64,000 nucleotides of DNA from Octopus vulgaris (taxonomy: Eukaryota), in assembly GCA_951406725.2 (NCBI GenBank), contig OX597840.1:21328001-21392000 (forward strand). Direction: 5' to 3'. The translations under genes were made by a program, and so were the position numbers. This document shows positions 26,600-39,072 of this stretch, in pieces. Below the pieces are notes generated by a model that did not search any database, was not told the origin of the DNA, and saw only the letters and a program-made list of their open reading frames with translations. Position 1 is the stretch's first letter, and every line of letters begins with the position of its first letter.

Positions 26600-27550
26600 G
26601 CTGTACTCAAGAAGACCTGCCCACCACAACAGAATTGAGATCCTAAAACCAAGGTGCCATGTGCAAAACATTGGTGTGGATACTGGTCCCCTATAAAAAG
26701 CACCGGTGATGGTGTCACATAAAAAGCACCCAGGACACTCTGTAAAGGGGTTGGCATTAGGAAGGGAATCCAGCTGTAGAAACTTAGCCAAAACAGACAA
26801 TGGCACTTGGTGCAGTCCTTGGCCTCACCAGTTCCTGTCAAGCCGTCCAACCCATGCCAGCATGGAAAACAGACGTTAAATGTTGATGATGTTGACAATA
26901 CATACATGTGTGTGTGTGTGTGCGCGTATATATGTATATAGACACATACACACATAATCCATCCATTCTCCCTCAAGTCCCAACCTGCACAAAATTACAT
27001 CCCTGTTAAATTCCTTCCCCACAAAATATCCTACGAATACCTCCCTCCCTCTACCAGTGCCCCCTTATTAGATCCCACTCCCCTTCTCTAGTTCTCACTC
27101 TCCTTTTGAAATCTTGTGAATGCATCCACCCCTAACCTAACCCTTTTCCAAGCCCCAGTCTACTTCAGAATAGACACCTCCCTGTAACTTCCATGTACAG
27201 TTCCTACCTAAGCCCACCTCATCACATCAGTATTCTTCTCTCGCCATTTGAGGAAGCCATGTTTCTCTCCTAACACAGGACATTTCCTCTGTCCCTCAAT
27301 ACTACTGCCCCCTCAGTTGAGGGGTTTTGTCTTGCAAGTTACTCGGTGACCTCACCAGTGCTGGTGCCACATAAAAGGTATCCAGAACATTCTGAGAAAT
27401 GGTTGGCGTTAGGAAGGGCATCCAGCTGTAGAAACCCTACCAAAGTGGACAGCAAATGCTGATGCAGTCTTCTGACTCACCAATTCCTGTCAAACAGTCC
27501 GAGACATGCCAGTACGGAAAACAGACACTAAATGACGACGACGATGATGC
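26600..27550 (+). mobile_element. Two family B variant copies (about 26600-26895 and 27320-27550)
   Basis: GGTTGGCRTTAGGAAGGG..TCCAGCTGTAGAAA module and GAT tails. Confidence 0.7.
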
Positions 27551-27862
27551 TGTATGTATGTATGTATATATATTTTATATATACAAATATGTGTGTTCAT
27601 GCATATGAATTCACACGTTCCCAAATAAGTAGATATAGAGATATATATACATACATATACAACACTTTGATCTTAACAAAAGACATATCTGCATATATAT
27701 TATGTAGATATGTATATATTTTATGATTTGGCTTAGGGACAGAGATAGTAATGAGTACTCCTTACAATTTTCATGCTTTAGAAAGTAACCCATTAGGTGG
27801 ATATAGAGTGAAACATCAATTAACGCAGGACAAAGGAAGAGGACTTATGTAACGAGTGGGAC

Positions 27863-27946
27863 TAGAGTACAGCTGTTTCTGCTGAAAGAAGCTTTCAGTT
27901 AGAGATGAGTGCTTGTGCAACATCTTGTAGCTTCTTCAGAGCTCTA
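27863..27946 (-). ncRNA. Type I hammerhead ribozyme-like motif with enlarged stem II
   Basis: Minus strand: tagag(ct) CTGAAGA agct..agca GAAA CAGCTG TA ctcta; 2-nt insertion in stem I; two hairpins inside loop II. Confidence 0.55.
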
Positions 27947-27962
27947 TCTATCTATCTATCTA

Positions 27963-28074
<112 letters not shown>

Positions 28075-28715
28075 CAGACAGACAGATAGATTTATGTATA
28101 TATCGGCATATGTGCAGATAGATGAGCATATGTATACATACATACATCTGTGCAAGTACATATACATACAAAATATATATATGTATGTATATGTATACAT
28201 AAAAATATGAATTTGATATATATATATATATATATATATATAAATTTTATGTATATCTCATACATATACATAAGCACACACACATATACACATCTGAAAA
28301 CAGACATATATAGACACATACAGAAAAATACCAAAATAGCAAAATTTTTATACACACTCACAAATTTATATATATATATATATACATATATATATACCCA
28401 GACGCATTCACATTTTTTTTGCCTATCTGTACGTACATATTTTCCTATTTTTTTTTTTTTTTTCATTGCTTCAAACATTCTCACAGATTTAGACATATTC
28501 TCTCTCTCTCTCTCTCTCTCTCTTTCACACACGTCGGTCGAAAATTGAGAAAGAGTCGGTGCCGAGGAGAGACGACAATGGTTGATATTAATTGGCTTGA
28601 AACGTCCGTTTAAATAATAAATGACATGCATATATGCAAGCCAGTAATGTTGATCGTGGAAATGGCCCAACACTGTTGCACAGCAGATATTGCTATACAA
28701 TGCCACTGCACCGAA

Positions 28716-28748
<33 letters not shown>

Positions 28749-29102
28749 CAGACGTTCCACTCTTTTACATTCTTGTAAGCCAACTAGGAGTCGGTATGCG
28801 GTCGCTTAACATGCTAGAAATAGCAGCCGTTTATTTATCCCTTCAGTAATTTGTAACTAACCTACTTCTTCAAAAGAGAAGCATCCATCTGCCAGAAATA
28901 GCAGTCGATATCCTCTTAAAATTCAACCTACTTCTTCAACATATATATATATACGTGTGTGTGTGTGTGTGTGTGTATTTATGTGTATATATAGAGAGAT
29001 AGATAGATATGTATGTGTATATATACATATGTGTCTGAGGCTAGAAAACGGGAAAAATATATATGCATTTATATATCTTTGTGTGTGTGTGTGTATATTA
29101 AC

Positions 29103-29159
<57 letters not shown>

Positions 29160-29759
29160 CACACGCACATATATATATATATACACACGCACATATATAT
29201 ACACACACACACACACATATATGTATGTATGTACATACACACACACATACATACACAAATATATACACCTTTATTTGTGAGTATATATTTATAGGTATTC
29301 GTGTGTGTGTGTGTATAAAATAAGGCAGCAGGACAGCTCGGTTAATGTAGGTCCTGGCTATGGAAGAAGATACCAAAAACCATTCACTCACACAGAGAAA
29401 GGTAAATTAGGCCCAAACAGCCACAGCTGGAACGTATTTCACAGTGATGGTAGTAGGAGAGAGTGAGTGCTCCTCGGCCTGGACTGACCTGGAGCAGCCA
29501 GAACACCTTTCTCTCCATATCGAAAAACAGAAAACGAAAGAATGTCGCCAAAGCCACCGCCATATACTAAAACCGTTTCCTTATTAATTATACACTCACT
29601 CACACACTCACAAATACACATATACACACGCATGATGTATGTATATATGTATGAAGTTCACTTGGTGTGTATTCGATGAATGAAGGGGCTTTCGACATAC
29701 AGACAGACAGATGTTTCACTATTCCATGTCTTAATGTATGTAACTGACGAAATATGTAC

Positions 29760-30050
29760 ACACACACACGCGTGTATATATACATACATAAATATACACA
29801 CACATATATATATATATACACACACACACATATATATACACACACACACACATATATATATACACACACACACACATATATATATACACACACATATATA
29901 TATACACACACACACACATATATATATACACACACACACACATATATATATACACACACACATACATACACACACACACATATACACACACACACATATA
30001 TATATATACACACACACATATATATATATACACACATATATATATGTATA
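29760..30050. repeat. (CA)n(TA)n compound microsatellite
   Basis: Direct inspection. Confidence 0.95.
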
Positions 30051-30856
30051 CATGTGTATTATATACAGACTTCCTTATTGTAATGTGTATATTATATATA
30101 GAGTGATTTTGGAAGAGACAAACACACTTCATTCACTTAATAAACATGCGAGAGTGCCCAATTAATTATATATGACGCTAAAAACGGATATATATAAATG
30201 TGTGTGTGTATATATATATATATATACACACACACACCTACATAAGTATATAAGATAAACGTGTGATCGTAAACCTAACTTAATATCCATATTAAATACA
30301 TCGACACACGAAGAGGAAGTACGTGTGTATACATAATAGTATGTGTATATATATATATATACATACACACACGCGAGTCTATGTACGTGTACATTATATA
30401 TATACACACACAATATATGAACGTATATATAATATACATACACACGTGTGTATATGTGTGTGTATATGTATGTGTGTATATATATATATATATGTATTAA
30501 TTACATGCAGTCGTTAATGTAGTTGCATGTATGTAAAAGCAAGAGAAGACATATGGAAGAAGGAACGTATATATACACATCTATGTGTCTGTCTGTGTGT
30601 CGGACCGAGTGGCCGCCGCCGCGGAACGGGACTGAGGAGAGGCGGAAGAAGAAGCAGCCGACTTTGCTCGTCTTTCCAATCCATATTTCCATGTCTCTCT
30701 CACACACACACACAACTGGTGTAGTCTGATATATATCACACACCGACACGACATAACCATACCTCATAGCCTCATCAGAAGTGTACATTAACAAAATATA
30801 TACACTCAGTGCCTCTCTACGTGTCGGTGCGTGTATGTGTGTGTATATATATATAT

Positions 30857-30890
<34 letters not shown>

Positions 30891-30943
30891 GAAAGGAGAG
30901 AGAGATCTGTAAAGTGAAAGACATAGATGGCGGCGGCTACATC

Positions 30944-30992
<49 letters not shown>

Positions 30993-30996
<4 letters not shown>

Positions 30997-31292
30997 TTCA
31001 AATTGCGCCCAGGTCGAGTTTGCCTTTCATCCTTTCGGGGTCGATAAATAAAGTACCAGTTACGCACTGGGGTCGATGTAATCGACTTAATCCTTTGTGT
31101 CTGTCCTTGTTTGTCCACTCCGTGTTTAGCCCCTTGAGGGCGTTAAAGAAATATATATATCACTGGGGTCGATGTATATATATATATATATATTTCTTTA
31201 CTGCCCACAAGGGGCCAAACATAGAGGGGGCAAACAAGGACAGACAAAAGGATTAAGTCGATTACATCGACCCCAGTGCGTAACTGGTACTT
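30993..31292. mobile_element. Tail-to-tail pair of SINE C fragments (+ 30993-31150, - 31193-31292)
   Basis: Homology to 18392-18805. Confidence 0.85.
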
Positions 31293-31332
<40 letters not shown>

Positions 31333-31376
31333 TGGACAGAATTGTGTGTTGTAGACAGATTGGGATATATGCATTG

Positions 31377-31410
<34 letters not shown>

Positions 31411-31556
31411 CATACATACACACACACACAAAGATAGAGTAGTAAAATAAGAAAGATAGTCGTCCCGTTCCTTATAGAATTATGTTATAAAAAATAAGAG
31501 AAAAAGACACAATAAAAACATTTACTGAATTCAACCGGAGTCAACACAACACATAA

Positions 31557-31587
<31 letters not shown>

Positions 31588-32369
31588 AATACACACTCAT
31601 TCGTGTGTATAAGTGTGTGTACGTGTGCAATTAGTGGGAGCATCCGTTTGCTGATCTGTGCAATTAACGAATGTCTAGGTGCGATGCCTGTCCGCATCAA
31701 GACACGACAAGAGACGAGCAACGGGTTAAAAGAGGAAAAAACCACCCCAAAAAAGAAAGAAACAGTAAAAAAAGATTTAATAAATAAATGACACGATTTC
31801 TTGGTCTAAACAAAATGAAATGTGGTGGATGGGGCATCTGTCCTAGTCTTTAGTAGTTTAGCGGTAGCAGCAGTAATTGATGATAGATACTTCTTGTTGC
31901 ACGAACTGTGGTAGGGTTAGAGAGAGAGAGAGAAGAAGAAAGCACCAGAAATTCTCTGCACTGAGGCCGTTTTTTTGTGTGTGAATAATGTAGCAACTCT
32001 GGTGTAAGTACAGCTGTTGAATTAGTAGTGTACAGCAGTTTAAGGTTTAATAAATATACAGAGATTAAACTGGGTGTAGGTTACGAATAAATATATATAT
32101 ATATATGTGAACTGAAACATAGGTGTATGATTTTAGGTAGGCCCCCGAAATATAAGGTGTGATGGGCGCATGTTTCCATGTCTGATGTCTGTTAATTTAG
32201 GTCTCTCGTTTTATTTAGCAGAGTGTGTGTATAAGGCGTATATTTTGATATCTGACTACCGTAGAAGTGTCTATATACACATGCACCCATAAATTGGCCA
32301 TTCACATTTATATATATAGATGTTACACACACATTAACGTCCGTCCATGTTCCATGCTGGCATGAGTAT

Positions 32370-32800
32370 ATTATATACACACACATAAATATACATTATA
32401 TATTTTATGCATATATACATATATATACACACACACATACATTTTATACATACATGTACATTATAGATATATGTACACACACAAATATACATTATATATA
32501 TTTTCATGCATGTATATATATACACACACACATATATATACATTATATATATTTTATGTATGGATATATATACATACATTTTATACACACATGTACATTA
32601 TAGATGTACGTACACACACATAAATATACATTATATATATTTTATGCATGTATATATATATATATACATTTTATACACACATGCACATTATAGATATATG
32701 TACATACACATAAATATACACTATATATATTTCATGCATGTATCTATATATATACATTTTATACACACATGTACATTATAGATATATGTACACACACACA
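32370..32800. repeat. ~88-bp AT-rich tandem repeat, about 4-5 copies
   Basis: Recurrent CATTTTATACACACATGTACATTATAGATATATGTAC...TTTTATGCATG. Confidence 0.8.
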
Positions 32801-32908
32801 TACTTGTCATTACATGACACAGAGACAATTAAATGTACCTGATGTATGCGGTACTATCGTAAAATGTGAACTATTGAAATGTATGTATGTATATATATAT
32901 ATATGTAC

Positions 32909-33088
32909 AACGGTGAATGTATGTGATCAGTGTGTATATATATATATGTGTGTGTTTGTGTGTGGTTTTTTTATTATGTGGATGATGTGAAGTGAGGTGT
33001 AAATGAGACGTGTGTGTGTCTCAATTATAGTATGTATATATGTGTATGTATAATGTATGTATATATAACGGTGAATGTATGTGATCAG

Positions 33089-33147
<59 letters not shown>

Positions 33148-33328
33148 TTTTTATGATGTGGATGATATGAAGTGAGGTGTAAATGAGACGTGTGTGTGTC
33201 TTGATTATAGTATGTATATATGTGTATGTATAATGTATGTATATATAACGGTGAATGTATGTATGTGTGTGTGTGTGGTTTTGTATGATGGTGGAGTGAG
33301 GTGTAAAGGAGACGTGTGTGTGTGTCTG
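32909..33328. repeat. ~160-180-bp tandem repeat, 3 copies, with embedded microsatellites
   Basis: AACGGTGAATGTATGT at 32909, 33067 and 33247; GTGAGGTGTAAA.GAGACGTGTG three times. Confidence 0.85.
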
Positions 33329-33701
33329 GATTTATAGTTTTTGGTGAATTTAATGGAAATGGACGAGAAAAAAAGGCTGAGGCTGTGGCAGTGACAAGCA
33401 TAAAAGCATACAAGTGCTAATAGGGAGAGAGAGAGAGGGAGGGAGGGATGAAGAGGAGCAGTGGGAGAGAGACAATCGTGACGGGTGGAGGAGGTCGGGA
33501 CCGAGTGATAGAAACGGGTGTAGAGAGAGAGATGACGGGGTACAAGAAAACTGATAACATAGACAAAAATATATTAGAAAATATATATATATATATATAC
33601 AGTATTGAAAAAAAACGTTACATGTGTAGTAAATATAGAGGTGTGTGTGTGTGTTGGATGATGAAGAAATATGGTTATTAGAGTGAAGTTTTTTGTATTA
33701 C

Positions 33702-34106
33702 CTTTCCCCTGGGTGAGCCGGACATGGTGGGAGAGGGTATCACATCAGGTTTGTTCTGGTTGGTAGTAGTCCTGTTGGTTCGTCCTCCGCTGACACTTGA
33801 CGGCGCCGACATTCTAGCTCTACTATACTGCAGATGTTGTTGTTGCTGTTGTTGCTGTTGTAAGTGGTAATGTGGTGGAGGTGGTTGGTTGTGTTGGTGG
33901 TGGTGATGGTGGTGGTAGGGTTGATGGTGGTGGTGTTCGTGTGCGGGGTACTGATGGTGGTGGTGGTGGTGGTGGTGTGTCTGTGGTTGGTGCTGGTGTT
34001 GTTGTTGTTGGTGATGGTGGTGGTGTGGTTGTTGTTGGTGGTGGTGGTGTTGTTTGCTGTCTATCCACCTGTGTGCGGCTGTAGGAGGCACTGGCCGGCT
34101 GGTCAT
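33702..34106 (-). CDS. Probable first coding exon (135 codons) of a protein with a His/Gln-rich N-terminus; product unknown
   Basis: MTSRPVPPTAAHRWIDSKQHHHHQQQ...YSRARMSAPSSVSGGRTNRTTTNQNKPDVIPSPTMSGSPRGK; mixed CAC/CAT/CAA/CAG codons kept in frame; phase-0 donor AAG|GTAATA; second Met has A at -3; CpG-rich surroundings. Confidence 0.6.
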
Positions 34107-35441
34107 TCCATCGGTTTTCTGGCTGGTTGTAAAAGATAGTGGTTACGGAGTGGCTTGGAGGTAGATAGATAGACAGATAGATAGATCGCTGGCGAAGGAT
34201 GGCAGGATAGGGTGGTAGACTCTGAGTGTGTGTGTGTGTGTGTGTGTGTGTAATGACAGGCAGATCGAGAGAGAGAGAAGATATTTGGGACAGATCTGGT
34301 CGCTTTTCTAAGTAGACAAGAAACGGAGAGAGAAGAAGGATGGATAGAAAGATAGAAAGACAAAAAACAGATGGACAGACAGACAGAATAGGTTTGATGA
34401 AGAGAGACGACACAGGGTGGCTAGTTAAGAAAGGGAATAGATGGGTAGGTGAGTAGATGCTGATGATGGGATAAAATGGTGGCAAGGCCCGTTTCTTAAG
34501 CTTCTAATTTGAACTTCACACAGTGTGTGTGTGTGTGTAATGGATGGTTCGGTGTGTTTGTGTGACAGAGTGAGTGTGGAACAGAGAGAGCAGTGTCTAT
34601 CGACACTTGCCGTTCACACACAGGCATACACTCACACACACACAACATACACACAATATAATATATTGTGTGTAAGTACAGTGGAGAGTGTATATATTGA
34701 GTTAGGGCGGTAACACACAACTGACAGCAGTTGTGGAAGAGGCCACCAGTTTTTACATTTTTAAACGTCGCCGCCGCCGCTGCCGCATTCACTCATGAAA
34801 GAGTTTATGATGGGGGAAATGAGAGGAGGGGAAGACACCACCGAGGAAAGAAAGGAAAGTAGCTAATTATTGTGACGATGATGAAGGGATCAACAAGAAA
34901 GGGGAGAAAGAAAAAGACCAGAAGGAGTGGGAAAAATAAGGAAAAACAAAACAAGAGATTAATGCAGGAAGTGAGAAGCAACCAACAAACGAGTAGCAAA
35001 GCGACGAGAGGCCAACAGCTCCACTCCGGTGCTGTGGTTTGTAGCAACAAGAGAGGGAGGAAGAGAGCCGAGTGAGAAGCAGGAAGCTAGAGTGTGAGTG
35101 CGGGTGCGGTTGCGGCGGAGATAGGATGACGACGACGGAGTAGGAGGAGGAGGGGAAGGAAAGGGAGGAGGAGGAGGATTGTGACAGAGTGAGATAAGTA
35201 GGGGAAAATATTGGGAGTGAGGTAAGGTGATGTAGAAGGAGAGGAGGAGAGGGAATGAGAGAGTAGAGAGGAGGACGTTGGTGAGATAAGCAGAGAAGTA
35301 GGAGGAGAGGAGGACGTTAGTGAAAGAGTTGGAATGTGAGGCGGGAGAGAGAAAGAAGACCAGGCTATGATTGAGGTGGGGAAGAAAGAAAGAAAGATGG
35401 TATCATGTGTGAGAAAGAGAAGGACTAAGTGATATGTGGCT

Positions 35442-35476
<35 letters not shown>

Positions 35477-36100
35477 GTGAAGGAAGGGAGGAATGTGTGA
35501 CATGGTGAGTGAAAGTAATTTTGTGCTACATGGACAGAAGAAGGAGGGGGGGGAAATGAAGTGTGTAAAGTGATAATAGAGAGGGGGGGGGAGGAACTGA
35601 GAGAACAGCAGAAAGGAAGAGGAAAAAGAAATAGGTATATGAAGAGAAAGGAAGGAAGGAGGCAGAATGAAGAGAAGAAGAAGAAGGTATAAGGGAGTCA
35701 CCCACTTAGATAGATTGATAGAGAAGGAAAGCGCGAAAATGGGAGATGAGAGATGAGTGTGTGTTGAGGCGCGCGCACTTGAAGATCTAATTGTGTGAGG
35801 GAAATGTCCGAGATGTGGAAAACAGCAGAAAGGAAAGGGAAAATAAAATGTGGGAGTAAGTGGGAAGGGATGGAAATATAACCTTTAATCAGCATCACTA
35901 TGTGGTCCCTCGTTTGAGAATAGTGGTACAATTTTTCGAAAGGGATTTTTGTGTGTAGTTTGCTCATCAGGTCGAGCGACTGACTACGGCGAAACTCCTT
36001 GACATGGCGAGAGCCTGGAATAAGTAGCAAATTGGTGAGCAACACATGCAACATGTCCCCCACTACTAACTAACCTACACGCCATACAACATGCCTCGAT
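34107..36100 (-). promoter_or_regulatory. Putative 5' UTR/promoter region of the minus-strand gene
   Basis: Transposon-free, CpG-retaining, long GA/CT-skewed tracts and (GCC)n directly upstream of the ATG. TSS not located. Confidence 0.35.
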
Positions 36101-36889
36101 TGTCACACGAGCTTATCGCAAATGACATATCTCCATGTAACGGAATACATGATGACTCGCTGCTACAAAATCCATCCCGAACGTATTTCGACCCGACTCG
36201 TCCCGATTACCACACTACAGTACCACAAACACACCTTAACTGTCATACTACATCACAAACAACCACATACCACATCCTACATCCATCCGATCGATGTCCC
36301 TATACTACAAATACTACATCGTCAAAATATTTCTATATTCACAGTTTGACCTGATTACCCGCAACATACCCTTCCTTACAACGCTTCAAGCCCCCATCAG
36401 ACTCCTCGCTGTCACACACATACCTAAAACAAGAATAGAAAAGCGGGTGGATGGGTGGCGGCGGTTGGGAAGTCAGAAAACATTTGCGGAATTTAATTCC
36501 TGGCCCTCAACGTTCCGATTTCAAATCCCGCCGAGGTCAACTTTGTTTTTCATTCTTTAGTCGAGTTCTGTGTTAGTTTTTAAAAGCATCCTAGATGTGA
36601 ATGGAATTATAATAGGACGCCGACTAACATATCGTCATCTGCTGGCAGACATTCTCTCACCACTACAGCAACATCCCAAACATTTATTTCGGCCTAGTAA
36701 TGGAAAGATAGCTCACAGTATGTAGCAGACACCATCAGACTACACACAGCAACGAACATCGTTACACGATTCCCCAACACAATCTACACAGGATTGTCCG
36801 ATCGTCACAAACACGTTCACCTAATTACTAACACAGCACCTCCATTATCAATAACACAAAAACACCAGCATCGCCTTTCCATAGGCACA

Positions 36890-37275
36890 TGGCAGGACAT
36901 TTTGGGACAGCGGGGAAGAGACGGTTACATCGACCCGGGTGCTTAACTGGTCCTTTATTTTATCCACCCCTGATAGAATGAAACGCAAAGTAAACCTCGG
37001 CAGAATTTGAACACAGAGTGTAGAGCCGGAAGAAATGCCACCAAGCGTTTTGTCCGGAATGGTAACGGACTCTGCTCGCTTGCTGCCTTAGCAATAATAA
37101 TAATGGTTTCAAATTTTGGCACAAGGCCAGCAATTTCGGAGGATGGTGTTAGTCGATTACATCGACCCCAGTGCTCAACTGGTACTTATTTTATCGACCT
37201 CGGACTGACGGACGAAATACCACTAAATACTTTGACCGGCATAACTAACGACTCTGCCAGCTCGCCCCCAAAATA
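36890..37275 (-). mobile_element. Two adjacent SINE C copies
   Basis: TTACATCGACCC..AACTGGT..GCAAAG..GACCTCGG motifs. Confidence 0.75.
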
Positions 37276-37319
37276 ATAATTACCACCAGTATTCACCCAA
37301 CCACCTCAAACACCATGGG

Positions 37320-37710
37320 AACGAGGACATTCCATATGACCACTAAGATTGCTAGAAAAAACAGCCAGATTTCTCTCAAAAAGAGTTATATTATTTCTGA
37401 AAGGCTGGTCACGGCTGGAATGTCTTGCTCAATTAGAGCTAAACAACCGCTTAAACACACAATCACCGCGGCAACATCCCAAAACACTACTACAAAATCG
37501 CTGGCCAATGAGGGAGCCTCTTCGCAGTCACTCAGTTTGCTAGAAACAGCAGCCATATCTTTCTCAAATAACACATCTTTAAGGGAAATAAACCCCTGTA
37601 TATTTAGATTATGTAGTCCTAAAAAGACAGTACCTGAAAGATGGGCTGGTCACGGCTGGAATGTTCCTGATGAGAGGTTTGTTTTATCATTGCTGAACTA
37701 AGGCTATACA
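37320..37710 (+). repeat. Family F old repeat, two tandem copies
   Basis: CTAGAAA.AGCAGCCA..TC...GGCTGGTCACGGCTGGAATG occurs twice. Confidence 0.6.
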
Positions 37711-37804
37711 ACTGCGACAGTGTCTCGGGACTCTTCCACAACCTTCGGAACACTCTCCTCATCAACACAGACTCCAAAACAGATTATTTATTCATTCACT
37801 TAAT

Positions 37805-38050
37805 CATCGTCGTCGTCGTTTTAACGTCCATTTTTCCATGCTTGCATGGGTCAGATGGAATTTGTTCAGGCAGATTTCTGTTGCAAGTCCTCCGCATATT
37901 TCCAAGCAAGGTGATATTTCCTCATTTCTGGACACGTTTTCCCTGAGAATTTGAAACAAAGGACTCTACGTTGCTTGACAGTGACACTCATTTCCAACCG
38001 TCACGTAATGTCAAGGCAAGGAAAGAGTAACACATACACACACACACACA
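37805..38050 (-). mobile_element. SINE family E with an RTE-like (family B) tail
   Basis: Tail CCATGCAAGCATGGAAAAATGGACGTTAAAACGACG; body shared with 20990-21205, 1920-2085 and 58805-58950. Confidence 0.7.
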
Positions 38051-38079
38051 CATGCAGTAATATTATTGTAATAATAATG

Positions 38080-39072
38080 TTAGTATGATTCGATGGATGT
38101 GTAATGTCAGTGTTCATACTCGACAGAGTGTAAGTACCTTGAGAGAAAAGTTGGACCTAAGAAGCATCAGTTGTGGTGTGCAAGAGAGACGACTGTGCTG
38201 GTATGGTCATGTGGCGAGAATGGATGAGGATAGTTGTGTGAGAAAGTACCACACCCTAGCGGTTGAGGGAACCTGTGGAAGAGGTAGTCCCAGGAAGACC
38301 TGGGATGAAGTGGTGAAGCATGACCTTTGAACATTAGGCCTTACCGAGGCAATGACTAGTGACCGAGACTTTTGGAAATATGCTGTGTTTGAGAAGTTAT
38401 GGCAAGCCAAATGAGACCATAAACTGTGGCCTATGCCAGGAGCATAACCACCCCGCTTATGCGTACCTTTTCCTTCTTTGGTCACTAAACCTTGCTTGCA
38501 AAGACCTGTTGAGGCAAGTGAAATCAAAATCAAATTCAATGACTGGCATCCATGCTAGCAGGGTGCAAAGAGCACCATATGAGTGTGATCGTTGACAGAG
38601 TGGCTAATCGGCTTCCGTGCCAGTGGCACATAAAAGGGCACCATTCGAGTGTGATCGTTACCAGTGTCGCCTTACTGGCACTTGTGCCCATGCTAGTAGG
38701 GTGCCAAGAGCACCATCCGAGCTTGATTGTTGCCAGAGCAGCCAACTGGCTTCCATGCCGGTGGCACGTAAAAGGGCACCATTCGAGCGTGATCGTTACC
38801 AACGTCGCCTTACTGGCACCTGTGCCGGTGGCATGTGTAAAAAGATTTGAGCGAGGTCATTGCCAGTACCGCCTGACTGACCTCTGTGCCGGTGGCACGT
38901 AAAAAGCACCCACTACAGTCTTAGAGTGGTTGGCTTTAGGAAGGGCATCCAGCTGTAGAATCTCTGCCAGATCAAGATTGGAGCCTGGTGCAGCCATCTG
39001 GTTCACCAGCCCTCAGTCAAAATCGTGCAGCATGGAAAGCGGACATTAAACGATGATGATGATGATGATGAA
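38080..39072 (+). mobile_element. 5'-truncated RTE-clade LINE: ORF C-terminus (38085-38414, one internal TGA) plus structured 3' UTR and (GAT)n tail
   Basis: MIRWMCNVS..LREKLDLRSISCGVQERRLCWYGHVARM..VEGTCGRGSPRKTWDEVVKHDL*TLGLTEAMTSDRDFWK is the canonical RTE RLRWYGHVxRM / GRPRKTW / DRxxW terminus. Confidence 0.92.

Noticed and set aside
33823-34485. 220-aa Thr/Pro-rich ORF and antisense Val/Gly ORFs overlapping the His/Gln exon
   Set aside because: Alternative frames of the same triplet repeat; they cross dinucleotide tracts and lack a donor site.
35925-35980. Minus-strand CTGATGA..GAAAAATTGTA
   Set aside because: No stem I or stem II pairing.
38615-38910. Resemblance of family B units to the pistol ribozyme (stem + UAAA linker + pseudoknot + AGCGU)
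   Set aside because: No P2 helix or G-U cleavage junction can be formed; kept only as a pseudoknot hypothesis.
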